From NCBI GenBank assembly GCA_965216875.1, contig OZ244207.1:3488001-3552000 (forward strand): a DNA stretch of 64,000 nt, given 5' to 3'. Below, in pieces: positions 10,601-20,242 of this stretch. How positions within the stretch are numbered: the first letter of the stretch is position 1; each line of letters begins with the position of its first letter. The position numbers were made by a program, and so were the translations under genes. This DNA comes from Rubripirellula sp. (GTDB lineage Bacteria > Planctomycetota > Planctomycetia > Pirellulales > Pirellulaceae). Under the pieces are notes generated by a model. That model was not told where the DNA came from, ran no database searches, and saw nothing but the letters and a program-made list of their open reading frames with translations.

Positions 10601-11094
10601 AAGATCAGCGATCATCGCTGCATGACATCGCGATCGAATTTGATGGGCTTGTTGATGTCGATGGCAGTGCCGTCGTGCTGACCTACATTGGCTCAGACAA
10701 TTTCCCCGACTACCAACCCGTCAGCGCCGTGAGCATCACCGCCGCTGATGTCGACGGCAGAACCATCATCTCGGTCACACCGAATGCCAGTCACTCATTC
10801 TCGGACGGCAACTACTTGATCGATGTGTTTTCCAGCGGCATCACCGCCCGCGAAAGCGGTGAGAACATGGCCCAGGATTACCAGTTTGGTAACAACGCCA
10901 CGGACAGGTTGTTCCGCAAGTATGGCGATGACAATGGCAATCGTGTCGTCGACCTCTTTGACTTTGCCCAGTTCCGAGCTCGATACGACACCAACGATGG
11001 TGATGATGACTACGCCGCTTGGCTCGACGAGACGGGCGATGGTGCGATCAATCTTTTTGACTTCGCCCGCTTTCGTGCCAACTTTGGAAGCTAG
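7603..11094 (+). CDS. Large extracellular zinc metalloprotease with PPC, three Calx-beta domains, a reelin-like insert and a dockerin-like C-terminus
   Basis: Planctomycete leader RRLRPELLERRILLA; HEVGHAVRLGH metzincin motif; Calx-beta repeats (GTVTF..G....I.I.GD...E.DE.F); duplicated D..G...V.LFDFA.FR. Confidence 0.85.
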   Translation: MPHPRKRLGRRLRPELLERRILLAARLGPSPTILPEFDPSAAVLVTTPAIQSSDEADHGHNPAGFPILNDPLDDGDVSDAPLTNDDTFKLHSKPDADHTIYLDFDGSITEGTNWNNSTGITTLIDIAYNRDGDHTTFNNSELNQIREIWKLVAEDFAPFNVNVTTEDPGVEALRKSGSGDTQWGIRSLHTSNTNGVCGGCGGVAYIGSFSSSVDLPAYSFNKGVSAGGNTQSHEVGHAVRLGHDGLTTGATYYNGHGGGNTSWGPIMGGPGGRKLKTWSNGDYYNANNQQDDLDRISSLNGFSYRADDHGNTFAVASPLSVTSASELSGYGIISQNHDVDFFQFESEGGNVSFDIVPFITHPNLDVWAGIYDSNGTLIAESNPFDNVSATFSDVALSAGTHFLKIDGVGSHGHYNAALDAVFDPGENDYTGSETEIPWAVSGPVGYSDYASIGQYWITGTRQITAGDLISITGDENHKKEDAASETTPFTFTVSRAGSTAGDVDVAYSVLAATPTVDNNNHPFTVDGDDFVGGHLPNGTVTIPDGQSSVTLTLNIAGDDDYERDEHFSVLISSETNGWLVSESTATGTILSDESSVGVQSQNTADVTLDEGGPGGGAVFTYTLFRRGDLSVSTTADWQVNYGTFANAASDDDFVGGTRPGGQVVFAPGQTEVEVQVEVSGDFDVEADESFWLEVTGASGDNTAIVDPATPRQRGIILNDEAPITIIDEVQFRLRQIRNGTGTRDAWAIDNVSLPGTPLVENFDPDIDSALWADLQNATVNNDASIFPGSNGRELLMRGTGDRIATTVGVKPALGTTLSFDLILGNGVGNNGADNVENGKNIWLEYSVDGSNWEFLREMEPNDYETWRRVNVALPDRVTVPPDGYAEGNSGATPFDVNLVRTGNLDAPGSADWQVVASGSATEDDFIASPLPSGTVTFSPGEGLKTITIEIAGDTDKELDETFDVVLTSATGGPPTGGPRTITIINDEVPEITGVIVNNGEDQRSSLHDIAIEFDGLVDVDGSAVVLTYIGSDNFPDYQPVSAVSITAADVDGRTIISVTPNASHSFSDGNYLIDVFSSGITARESGENMAQDYQFGNNATDRLFRKYGDDNGNRVVDLFDFAQFRARYDTNDGDDDYAAWLDETGDGAINLFDFARFRANFGS

Positions 11095-11151
11095 TGCCGC
11101 CGGGCAAGGGCCTGAGGCCTCACGGCTCACGGGCACAGAAGCACACCCAAC

Positions 11152-11188
11152 AAAAAAACCGGCTGATAACCCGAGGGCTATCAGCCGG
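11152..11188 (-). terminator. Rho-independent terminator
   Basis: 10 bp perfect stem CCGGCTGATA/TATCAGCCGG followed by T7 on the minus strand. Confidence 0.75.
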
Positions 11189-11358
11189 CTATATCAGACG
11201 CTTCGGCCAGTCGGCGGCAAAATGGAGCCGCTGGGAGAAACGCGAAAGTCTCAGCGTGCTACTGCACAAGCCTTTTGGTGACTTAGGCGAACCCGGAAAA
11301 TGATCCCTCTGCCGAAAATTAAGTGACCGAAGCTATGCGGGCTTTATTCAAATCCCAC
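11152..11358 (-). ncRNA. Candidate structured ncRNA (long irregular hairpin, possibly 6S-like)
   Basis: Nested pairings GCTTCGGTCA/TGGCCGAAGC, CGGCAG/TTGCCG, AAGTC/GACTT, GTGC-AGTA-GCAC; flanked by a promoter and a terminator; no credible ORF. Confidence 0.45.
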
Positions 11359-11364
11359 GGTCCA

Positions 11365-11392
11365 ATTTTAGACTCGCATTAGCAGTCAGCAA
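11365..11392 (-). promoter_or_regulatory. Putative sigma70 promoter for the candidate ncRNA
   Basis: TTGCTG-16 nt-TAAAAT on the minus strand. Confidence 0.45.
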
Positions 11393-11466
11393 GGTGGATC
11401 GGCAGCTGAATGTGTCAGAGTTGACATGAAATTTGTCATGACCGGAAAAAACGCGCATCAAATCGG

Positions 11467-12030
11467 CTACACGCGCGAAAGGTATTCGCCCGTTCGCGTA
11501 TCAATTTTTAGACGCTCGCCCTCTTTGATGTACTCAGGGACTTGAACGATCAAGCCTGTTTCAAGTGTGGCTGGTTTCGTGCGTGATGTCGCAGAATTGC
11601 CCTTGACACCGGGATCACATTGGGTGATCGACAACTCGACCGAAGCGGGGATCTCCAAACCGACACAGGCATCGTTGTAGATCAGGGCGCGCATGCCTTC
11701 CAAGCCTTCGGTGATGTACGGCATTTGATCCGCAACGTCTTCAAGCGGTAACTCGTACTGCTGGTAGTCCTCCTGGTCCATCAGGAACATCGTGTCCTGG
11801 TCGCTGTACATCATCTGGACGTTGCGGCGAGAAAAGTCTGCCGCGTCGAGTGACTCGGTTCCCTTCAAAGTGATGTCCACTTTGTTGCGCGTGACCACGT
11901 TGCGAGCTTTGAATTTGTACAACGTCGCGGCACCACGAGCCGACGGTGATTGCACCGAGATTCCTTCGATAATCACCGGATTGCCCTCAAAGACAACAAC
12001 GGTACCGGTCTTGATTTCTTTCGCTAACAT
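11467..12030 (-). CDS. efpL: Elongation factor P-like protein (EfpL/YeiP type)
   Basis: EF-P fold (KPATLETG, VPEYIKEGE..IDTRTGEY); tip loop SPSARG instead of KPGKG. Confidence 0.85.
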   Translation of the reverse strand: MLAKEIKTGTVVVFEGNPVIIEGISVQSPSARGAATLYKFKARNVVTRNKVDITLKGTESLDAADFSRRNVQMMYSDQDTMFLMDQEDYQQYELPLEDVADQMPYITEGLEGMRALIYNDACVGLEIPASVELSITQCDPGVKGNSATSRTKPATLETGLIVQVPEYIKEGERLKIDTRTGEYLSRV

Positions 12031-12060
12031 CAGATCCAAAATGAATGAAATGTGATTGGA

Positions 12061-12729
12061 CTATCGCCAAAGCCACTCTCGAAAGCCCTGCACCACCAAC
12101 TCTTGGTCGCCCAAGGCTTGCCAGGTCACCAGTCCCCCGAGAGCGACAGCAAAGAGGAACATGACGACGCCGCGGCGCGGTGCCGGCGCTGGCGTGGGCT
12201 CGGTTTCGGCACGTAGATTCGCCAACAACATGTTCCAAAACTTCAACGACACATTCGGCTCGAACGCAAGAATCTGGGCATAGTCGACACCCCGTTGCCC
12301 ATCGACGCGCAAGTGAATGCTGGCGGCCGGCAAGGTGACGATCAACATGTTGGAATCGCCCGTCGCACTCTGATCGATCCGCCGAGCTGCTTGAAGCAGT
12401 GGCTCGTACAATTCTTCTGGCGTGCGTCCGTAAACGACAAGCTTGGGAGTGCTGGTCAACGCGATCAGCGTGACGCACAGCGAGTAAAAGGTGATCAACG
12501 CGACCCAAACGTAGGGCCCCAACACGATCACCGCCGCAGAAGGGAAAAAGAGTTCCGCCGGCCCGACGGCCAAGAACCCCGAAATCGCCATCGCCAAGGC
12601 GGCAATGTCGCGACCACCGGTGGTCACAAGCGCCTTGCCACTCAGTCGTATCAGACCAAGTACGGTCAAATACGCAATCAGCGGAAAAAAGGCGAGAATG
12701 ATCGTAAAGGGCGCGACTGTCATCGGCAC
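12061..12729 (-). CDS. Hypothetical integral membrane protein
   Basis: About 4 TM segments; directly upstream of efpL. Confidence 0.75.
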   Translation of the reverse strand: MPMTVAPFTIILAFFPLIAYLTVLGLIRLSGKALVTTGGRDIAALAMAISGFLAVGPAELFFPSAAVIVLGPYVWVALITFYSLCVTLIALTSTPKLVVYGRTPEELYEPLLQAARRIDQSATGDSNMLIVTLPAASIHLRVDGQRGVDYAQILAFEPNVSLKFWNMLLANLRAETEPTPAPAPRRGVVMFLFAVALGGLVTWQALGDQELVVQGFREWLWR

Positions 12730-13007
12730 GACATATCCGAGGCAAGCTTCGGTTCTTCTAAGTAGGTCAGTCTAGTAGCCGACCCCCATTCCTGGCAACG
12801 CGGGCATTCGATTCCCCACCCAATTGGAAATCGCGGTTGGGGGCAAACATCGTGCGAATCAGCTTCGCCGGAATAATCGTCACAGCCCGGCAAGTGGCCG
12901 GGTTGTTCTGCGCGATCTGCAACGAACCTGCGCGATCTTGATGTGGCACAGCGCATGGTTCCAGTTGAGGACTCTCCAGTACCACTCTTGCCGCCACCAG
13001 GATTCTC

Positions 13008-13841
13008 ATGTCCGCTGCTGAAACCGACCCAACGGAAATCGCCGAGGCACAAGCTTCCCTTTCCGATTTGGGCGCCACCAGCAACGAAGATGTTGCCCAG
13101 CGCATTCACCAGACGCTCGATCTGGTCACCGACGCAACCAACGCGGTCCTTGGCGTTCACACACTGAGTGAGTGCAACTTGACCGTCATTGTCCCGGTGT
13201 GCAACCAACGCACGTCGCTGCCGGTCGTTTTGGAACGCTTGGCCGATGTGATGCCACCCAAAACCGAAGTCATCGTTGTCGATGATGGCAGCATCGACGG
13301 AACCAGCGAATGGCTCGAAAACCTTGCACCGCGCGACGGATTGAAGGTCATTCGGCGACGCGGGCAACACGGCCGCGGCTCGGCCATTCGGCTTGCCATT
13401 CGCCACAGTCATGGTGACATCGTCGCCATACAAGACGCCGATCCTGGGCAAGACCCCGCCAACTTGTTGCGCGTGATTTGGCCGCTGCTCGAAGGCAAGG
13501 CTGACGTCGCCTACGGCCTCGAATCGCAAGAAGATCGATCGACACTTCACCGATTCGGCGACCACACGGCAACCAAACTTGGCAACTTCCTGACAGGTCT
13601 TAAATTGACCGAGCTCGAATCTTGCCACAAAGCCTTTGACGGTCAACTGATCCGCAGCATTCCTCTGCGTGAATGTGAACAAGGCTTCGAATCAGAAGTC
13701 ACTGCCAAGGTCGCCTCTCGAGGTGCTTGGGTCATGGAGGTCCCCACGGGTGAAAACCGCAAGACCGGTGACCTAAGGAAACACCACTGGCGTGACACCG
13801 TCGCGTCCCTAGCGCGCATCTGGAAATACCGCGGCGAATAA
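13008..13841 (+). CDS. Glycosyltransferase family 2 (DPM-synthase-like)
   Basis: VIVPVCN, VIVVDDGSIDGT, GRGSAIR, IQDAD. Confidence 0.85.
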   Translation: MSAAETDPTEIAEAQASLSDLGATSNEDVAQRIHQTLDLVTDATNAVLGVHTLSECNLTVIVPVCNQRTSLPVVLERLADVMPPKTEVIVVDDGSIDGTSEWLENLAPRDGLKVIRRRGQHGRGSAIRLAIRHSHGDIVAIQDADPGQDPANLLRVIWPLLEGKADVAYGLESQEDRSTLHRFGDHTATKLGNFLTGLKLTELESCHKAFDGQLIRSIPLRECEQGFESEVTAKVASRGAWVMEVPTGENRKTGDLRKHHWRDTVASLARIWKYRGE

Positions 13842-13954
13842 CTTGCCGTGAGCGTCCCGCGAGGCTACATCGTGTGGCGCAATGCCTGTGTGGCGTCCTT
13901 GTGTAGATGCCGGGGACGTTATCATAGGGGCCCAAATGACCCTTCGATCGCTGG

Positions 13955-15607
13955 TTGCGGTCGTCTCTTCGTGGCCCCACATTCAAATCCGGCTCGATGC
14001 ACGAGCTTCGCCAAGTCGCTCCCTGGAAAATCGTCGCTGCCAGCATTGCGGCATTGAGCGTCGTGATCGCCTGCCAGATCTGTCTGGGCTGGACCCCCAT
14101 AACCATTCGTAGCTCAGCCATCGCCGCAGACGGATCGGTTGCTGCAATTGTCAACCAGCCGAGTCGAACTGGACATGTCGTTCGTTCGACCTTGGTGCGA
14201 TTTGACCCCAGCCTGACCAATCACCAGGTGTTACGAGAACTCCGTCACCTAGGCCGAACGATGGAAATCTCAGGTGACGGAAAAACGATCTTTGTGCAAA
14301 CGGATGCTTTGCTGCAAAGTATCAACGCAATGACAGGAGCAATCCTCTGGGAAAAGCCCGCCGCGCCATCGACCACCCTGCACCTCGTGAGCGACGATCG
14401 CATCATCTTGCAAATCACTCGCTGGGGCAGCACCGTCACCTTTCTTAACGCCGAAGATGGCAGCGATATCGACAGCCTCACGCACGCCACGCGGACGTCC
14501 CGTGTCGGTTGGTCGGACGCGTACATCACGCTCGATCAAACCATCGATGGAACAGACCAAACCCTCTTCTACCATTTTGACGGCGAACGTCTTCGACAAG
14601 TGGATCGAATCGACGCTATTGAACAGGGTGCCTTTCGAACCAGCGTCCCCTCGATCCATCTGGGCGGATGGCAAAGAGAGAGGTGGGAGCCCGATCGTAT
14701 TCGAATGCCTGGCAATCCGAGCCTATCGTTGCGGACGTTTCATCGCCGAGACAGTCGAGCCGCGGCACTGGCCATCGTCTCGTCAGCCGAACCGTCGAAC
14801 GTCCACGCGCGATACCAATTCGGTCAATCCTATGCGGCGATGATCGTGTTGCTCTTGTTCGCCGGCAGTGTTGCGGCTTGCATCGTGGTGTGGATGCAAT
14901 ATGAATTGTGGTCGGACCCGTCGCGCGTGAGAGTCATTTTGCCCGCCACCGTGGTGCTCTTGATCGCTGCCTCGGTCGATTGGCGGCACTTCGAATTCAT
15001 CAACGCTTGGCCGCTTATTGCGGCCCCCATCGCAACATGCGCGTTACTGGCGTGCTGTGCGTTCAACCGACCGTTACACCTTTGGGGCCTCGCCTTCTTT
15101 TTCAGCGCCATTTCGTTCTTGCTCCCCATCGCAGCTGTGATCTTCGTCGCCAGGTTGCTTAATATGCAGCTACCAAACCTCAAGCCCAACGAGGCAAAAG
15201 AAAAAAACGAAGATGGCCCCGACGACGCTCAACGCCAAGTCAACCAACCCGCGTCGCCAACGACAAAGAAATTTCGGTTCGAGCTCTACCAGCTCATGCT
15301 GGCGACGGGCATCGTCGCAACCTTCATTGGCGTTGGCCTGCAGGGGATCTTTTTGATCAACATCGGCTTTGTCGTCGCTGTCGTGGCCGCGATCGGAGTC
15401 TTGATCAATGCCTGCCCGCCGATCGCCATAGGTTGCGTGCCGTTGATGGTTGGCGCAACACTTTTCTTGGCTGCTGGCTCACAGCTGCTTGGGGCTCAAG
15501 CCGCACCTTTCGCAGGCGGAGCGGCCGGCCTGATGACGTTGGCAATCTTGGGAGCCAACGGAGTAGGCCTCCGAATGAAAGGCCGAGAATATTGGGACGT
15601 GGTCTAG
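13955..15607 (+). CDS. Hypothetical multi-pass membrane protein with a propeller-like extracytoplasmic part
   Basis: 550 aa ORF, many C-terminal TM segments; start uncertain. Confidence 0.65.
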   Translation: MRSSLRGPTFKSGSMHELRQVAPWKIVAASIAALSVVIACQICLGWTPITIRSSAIAADGSVAAIVNQPSRTGHVVRSTLVRFDPSLTNHQVLRELRHLGRTMEISGDGKTIFVQTDALLQSINAMTGAILWEKPAAPSTTLHLVSDDRIILQITRWGSTVTFLNAEDGSDIDSLTHATRTSRVGWSDAYITLDQTIDGTDQTLFYHFDGERLRQVDRIDAIEQGAFRTSVPSIHLGGWQRERWEPDRIRMPGNPSLSLRTFHRRDSRAAALAIVSSAEPSNVHARYQFGQSYAAMIVLLLFAGSVAACIVVWMQYELWSDPSRVRVILPATVVLLIAASVDWRHFEFINAWPLIAAPIATCALLACCAFNRPLHLWGLAFFFSAISFLLPIAAVIFVARLLNMQLPNLKPNEAKEKNEDGPDDAQRQVNQPASPTTKKFRFELYQLMLATGIVATFIGVGLQGIFLINIGFVVAVVAAIGVLINACPPIAIGCVPLMVGATLFLAAGSQLLGAQAAPFAGGAAGLMTLAILGANGVGLRMKGREYWDVV

Positions 15608-15622
15608 CGACATCGAGTCGCC

Positions 15623-15843
15623 TCTTCGTAGTGGACGAGGCTACGAGTCCCGTTGATCTTCGTAGTGGACGAGGCTACGAGTCCCATCAATCTTCGTAGT
15701 GGACGAGGCTACGAGTCCCTCTCCGCTACTCTCTCTTCCCTTCCTCACACTCTCTCGAACGTTCTTCCCAGCCCCAACTCCAATCATGCCAGCGGAAACA
15801 AAACCAAGTCCAACGCTCAAGGACTCGTGGCCTCGTCCACTAC
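15623..15843. repeat. REP family A (GTAGTGGACGAGGCTACGAGTCC): three tandem copies plus one inverted copy
   Basis: 34 bp period at 15623/15657/15691; inverted copy at 15821-15843; also at 57218-57418. Confidence 0.85.
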
Positions 15844-15852
15844 CAACTCGCA

Positions 15853-16410
15853 TTAGCCAGGGAGGTCACGTCGATAGCGAGGCTTTTCACTCGCCGGCAG
15901 ATCGACATCTCTTTCTTCTTGGTAACGGCGGCGTTCGATCGCGTTGGCGTAGTAGCGAAGCCATGTGTCGTTGTCGTCGACGCAGTGCCATTCCAGGATC
16001 TTGGTAGGAATGTCGACCTTCTTTTCGCAACAGGGAAGGATGTCTCGGTAGATGATCTTGTAGAGTTCGCGATCGGAAAGATGATCGGTGAATCTCAACA
16101 CAACGCGATTCGAATAGAGACGATCGATGGTCTCTTTGAGCTTCGACTCGAGCTGCTTGTCATCAAGATCCTCGGGGGCCGGAATCTGCAGCGGTGGATT
16201 GAACCAGCTTGAAATCGGCAGGGCGGGGGCGCGTTCCCAGGCCAGCATCGATTCGAGGTATTCGTTCTCAGCACGCAGGGGCATTCGGTTGATCGAAGAG
16301 TCAATCGACTCATCGCGGTATGGCTCCAACTCGTCCCGCAATCGGGCGTTGGCCATCAGCAATTCGACTTCGTCAGTGCCATGACGGCTGGTGTCGCTCG
16401 CGTTGTCCAT
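15853..16410 (-). CDS. Hypothetical protein
   Basis: ORF from MDNASD; composition typical of a real globular protein (FTDHLSDRELY). Confidence 0.7.
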   Translation of the reverse strand: MDNASDTSRHGTDEVELLMANARLRDELEPYRDESIDSSINRMPLRAENEYLESMLAWERAPALPISSWFNPPLQIPAPEDLDDKQLESKLKETIDRLYSNRVVLRFTDHLSDRELYKIIYRDILPCCEKKVDIPTKILEWHCVDDNDTWLRYYANAIERRRYQEERDVDLPASEKPRYRRDLPG

Positions 16411-16761
16411 CAGATATTGAGCGTCTCGTTGAGAGGGAAGGAAGGAGCCGGGTGGGACCACCAAGCGTCCATTGGGCGCTGTAAATACCTCGACAAGGTC
16501 AAACCAGCCGCCATTAGGGCGGACAGGTGTGACCCCAGTCACGCTTCCGATCCTATCTGTCCCGGCGATTGACTCAACGAGGTTTTGAGTGAAAACGGCT
16601 GTTTGGTAAGAAATTCGTAGGACCGACCACCGACTGATCGTTACGAGCGGAACCTCTTACCACCTTTTGCCCGCAAATCCGGGGTTTTCGCCGCCCAGCA
16701 ATCCGCCTCCGTGCCGCATCAACAAGGGGTTTTCGAGCCGATTCTCGCCCTCGCAACGGCC

Positions 16762-17075
16762 GTAGCTTAGCTACGCTCGCCAGAGCGTGGGATGGTGGAG
16801 ACCGGTCTGGCATCGCAAACCACCTTCTGGCGAAGGTAGCTACGAACTGTGAGCCGAACGCACTAGCGTCGGGCCTTGCACTCTCGTAGCTACGCTCGCC
16901 AGAGCGTGGGATGGCGGAGTCCGGTCTGGCATGACAAACCACCTTCTGGCGAAGGTAGCTACGAATTGTGTGCCGAACGCGCTAGCGTCGGGCCTTGCGC
17001 TCTCGTCGCGCATCAACGGCCCGAGGCCTCACGCCAGCTGCTCACAGGATTCCGCCTGAAGGCGCGACTACGAAC
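16762..17075. repeat. REP/BIME-like cluster: two ~120 bp tandem units of family B doublets plus one family C element
   Basis: TAGCTACGCTCGCCAGAGCGTGG...CCACCTTCTGGCGAAGGTAGCTAC twice; GATTCCGCCTGAAGGCG.GACTACGAAC at ~17048. Confidence 0.85.
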
Positions 17076-17096
17076 GGAGCGTGATTCCGCCACGCC

Positions 17097-18191
17097 CTAT
17101 GCCCCATAAAGCTCACGGTGGCCTTGGATCATGGCCGCCACACTGAAATCGGACTCGATCCGTGTCCTGGCGGCTTCTGCAAGCTGCTGTGCCTTTTCGG
17201 GTGCCTCGAGCAACTCCTGGCTTTGGCGAGCGAAGTCGGCGGTGTCACCCAGCTTTACCAGCCGTCCCGTTCGATCGTGCACTACCAAATCTCGGTTTCC
17301 CGGGATGTCCGATGCCACCACAGGCACGCCCGCCTGCATCGCCTCGATCACCGCGTTGCTTTGGCCTTCGTACTCACTGCCAATCCAAAACAGATCGGCG
17401 TGTGGTAAAAGCCGAGTGACGTCCGTGCGGGCGCCAGCGAAACGGACTCGATCGGCAACCGTCACGGCATCGCGATGACGCAGCAGCTCACCTCGCTGCG
17501 GCCCATCACCAATGATCACCAAAGTGGTATCGCCTCGCAGCGTTCCCATCAGTTCCCCCGACCAAATCAAATCGCGATAACGTTTTTGTGGCCACAAACG
17601 CCCCACGGCAAGAATCAGTTTTCGCGCCGGATCGACTTGCAGCTCTTTGAACGCGTGCTCGCGATCCATCGGATCAAATTTGGCCGGTTCGATCCCGTTG
17701 GGAATGACGTGAAAGAGTTTTTCGGCGATACCGTTGTCGACGTAAAAGTCGCGCACGCCTTCGCTGTTGGTCGTGATCGCTTCGGTGTACTTGGCAAGTT
17801 GCCGATCGACCAAAAAGTGCTTCGACGTTTTCCACGGGTCAACACATCGTTCGCTCGCCATGATGCGTTTGACACGAGCCAGTCGCGCTGCGGCCCGCCC
17901 GAAACTGTTTGCCGCAAACAACCAAGTATGGACGATGTCGGGCTTGAGTCGGACGAGGTGTCGACGCAGTCGAATCAGTGCCGTCGGGTCTGCCTTCCAG
18001 CGTTTACCGATCAGGGTGACAGGAATCTCGGCATCGCGCAGGCGTTGACTGAGCGGACCATCGCGAGTCAGAAGGATAACGTGAACGTCGTATTGATCGC
18101 GTGGCAGGTTTTCGGCCAACAACGTGAGCTGCTTCTCTGCACCTCCGCGATCCATCGTCGGAATGATCAACGCAAGTCTTGCACGACTCAT
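17097..18191 (-). CDS. Glycosyltransferase family 4
   Basis: GGAEKQL, PDIVHTW, VIPNGI, VGRL, EGQSNAVIEAMQAGVPVVASD. Confidence 0.92.
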   Translation of the reverse strand: MSRARLALIIPTMDRGGAEKQLTLLAENLPRDQYDVHVILLTRDGPLSQRLRDAEIPVTLIGKRWKADPTALIRLRRHLVRLKPDIVHTWLFAANSFGRAAARLARVKRIMASERCVDPWKTSKHFLVDRQLAKYTEAITTNSEGVRDFYVDNGIAEKLFHVIPNGIEPAKFDPMDREHAFKELQVDPARKLILAVGRLWPQKRYRDLIWSGELMGTLRGDTTLVIIGDGPQRGELLRHRDAVTVADRVRFAGARTDVTRLLPHADLFWIGSEYEGQSNAVIEAMQAGVPVVASDIPGNRDLVVHDRTGRLVKLGDTADFARQSQELLEAPEKAQQLAEAARTRIESDFSVAAMIQGHRELYGA

Positions 18192-19420
18192 GATGCCGCC
18201 TCCACCGACGAATCAATCCCGGCTCGCCGCCCGCCCGTCAACCGCTGAGCCAGTTTGACGATCGAATCGAGCGTTTGATCTTGAGATTGAGATGTCATGC
18301 GCTGGCGGCGTAGCTGGGATGCGTTGGCTTTGTGCGTTTCAAAGTCCTCGACCACGCGTCGGATTGCTTGTCGCAACTCCTTCCCGCTTTCGGGCGAAAA
18401 CCATTCCACCAGCGGCTCGGCTGAATGCGGATTCGGTTTCCCTTCGATCACGGTTCGGCAGGCCGGCGTATCACACACCACTACCGGCAGCTCAGCCGAT
18501 ATGGCAGCGGGCAAGAAATGATCGAGCCCCTGTTGGTCCGCCTGAACAAAAACATCAGCTGCGGTCAGCAAGTCTTCGACATCCGAGAACGATCCGGGAA
18601 TCGCCGTAACACTTCGGATTCCCTCACTCCGCAGCCGTTGATGAATCGATTCCCGATTCGCGCCATCACCGATCAACCACAGTCGTAACTCCGAAAATCG
18701 TTCCATTGACGGAACGATTTCCCTGGCCAATTTTTCCAGCCCCGACCCCGAGGTCATTTCGCCAATCGCAAGCACCACCAAGTGTTCGTCTTCGGCATGC
18801 AAGTCGCGGTTCACACTGGCCAGTGCGGCACGCGCCGCCGAGCGAGAGGAGGGTGAGGCTGCCGGTGCGGCCGGATAGCCAACGTCGACTCGATGGATTC
18901 GCGACGACAAAAACCCTTCGGTCAACAACGCACGATGCGAATCAGGATCAAAACAAATCGCGGCGTCTGCCGAACGCCCAGCCGCGATGCACCGCCGCGC
19001 AGATCGCGATTGTTGCCACCACGCCGCGTCACTGTGAGGTCCCCAACCGGCACATCGAACGATCGTCTTGCAGTCGGTCTCTTTCGTCGCCTCGACCGCC
19101 GCAATCGCTTCGTCGCGAATCGAGTCGACAAGCATCACATCGAATGCCGGTGCTTGATCGCGCAGCCAATGAGTCATGTGCCGAACGTATCGCCCCATCG
19201 ACCAATCACTTCTCGGAGCCGCGGCCGGGCGATGCAACGTCATTTCGCGAAGCACGACCTCGTCAGGCCACGACGATGCATAGCGCGGTGAAAGAACTTC
19301 GACATGCACTCCCTTGCCACTTAGCCCAATCGCCAGCTGGTAAAGGAACGCTGCCGAGTCAATTGAACCGTGCGGCCAAAACCGACGTCCAACCAACAAC
19401 ATTCGCAAACGGGAATTCAC
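18188..19420 (-). CDS. Glycosyltransferase family 4-like (divergent)
   Basis: GT-B features (LWLIGDG, AADVFV, LPVVVCD) with a degenerate EX7E motif. Confidence 0.75.
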   Translation of the reverse strand: MNSRLRMLLVGRRFWPHGSIDSAAFLYQLAIGLSGKGVHVEVLSPRYASSWPDEVVLREMTLHRPAAAPRSDWSMGRYVRHMTHWLRDQAPAFDVMLVDSIRDEAIAAVEATKETDCKTIVRCAGWGPHSDAAWWQQSRSARRCIAAGRSADAAICFDPDSHRALLTEGFLSSRIHRVDVGYPAAPAASPSSRSAARAALASVNRDLHAEDEHLVVLAIGEMTSGSGLEKLAREIVPSMERFSELRLWLIGDGANRESIHQRLRSEGIRSVTAIPGSFSDVEDLLTAADVFVQADQQGLDHFLPAAISAELPVVVCDTPACRTVIEGKPNPHSAEPLVEWFSPESGKELRQAIRRVVEDFETHKANASQLRRQRMTSQSQDQTLDSIVKLAQRLTGGRRAGIDSSVEAAS

Positions 19421-19959
19421 GAGCTTTGTTCCGCCGCAGTGGCCTCGATCTCGGCCGGTTCCAACACCGCCAAGTACGGCAGGTTGCGATACATGTCCAA
19501 GTAGTCCAATCCGTAACCAACGACAAACTCGTCTGGGATTTCGAACGCGACGAAGTCGGGACGCAGCTGAACATCGTGTTCGCGTTGCTTGTGCAACAAC
19601 ACCGCCGTCTTGACCGACGCCGCGCCAAACTCTTCCATCATCCCCGAAAGTCGTTCGAGCGTTCGACCGGTGTCAAAAATATCGTCCACCAACATCACAT
19701 CGCGGCCCGTGACGTCGATCATCATCTCCGAATCGACACGCAATTCACCCGCACTCGTCCCGCCGCGATAACTCGACGCACGGATCACGCCGACTCGCTG
19801 AGGCATCGACAAGCGACGAATCAAGTCGGCGAACAAGACCAAACTTCCCGTCATCACTGCGATCACGGTGATCGGGCGGTCACCGTAGTGCTCGTCAATT
19901 TCTTGTGCCAGCCGCTCGACGCCTTCGGTCAGCTGAGATTCATCGAGAAGGGTACGCAT
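19417..19959 (-). CDS. hpt: Hypoxanthine phosphoribosyltransferase
   Basis: MLVDDIFDTGRTL PRPP motif; FVVGYGLDY..YRNLPY. Confidence 0.95.
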   Translation of the reverse strand: MRTLLDESQLTEGVERLAQEIDEHYGDRPITVIAVMTGSLVLFADLIRRLSMPQRVGVIRASSYRGGTSAGELRVDSEMMIDVTGRDVMLVDDIFDTGRTLERLSGMMEEFGAASVKTAVLLHKQREHDVQLRPDFVAFEIPDEFVVGYGLDYLDMYRNLPYLAVLEPAEIEATAAEQSS

Positions 19960-20242
19960 CTTTGTTTACACACGAGTTTGAACGAGACCGGTAGATGATT
20001 TGCTAGCGAATTCTAGACAGCTGTGCGAACTTGGGAAATCTGGGCGTTCATTACGATCCAAACGAGATCGACCGAATCCTCCACGACCAGATGGCCGAAG
20101 TAGAGCATGAATTGGCTCACTCTGTGGGCGAACCACAGCGAGCGAAGTGTACGCAAACATCATTTCGCCCAGCTCCACTGTCTCACCATCTTTGCCCGGA
20201 TCATCCGTTCCCGCAACGTGTTGACCCGGGCCGGAACGATTC

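Noticed and set aside
15623..15720. Three 29 bp direct repeats resembling a mini-CRISPR
   Set aside because: Spacers are only 5 nt, the unit recurs inverted and dispersed (REP behaviour), and no cas genes are present
18706..19998. 430 aa plus-strand ORF
   Set aside because: Antisense to hpt and the glycosyltransferase; low-complexity Arg/Pro/Ser composition
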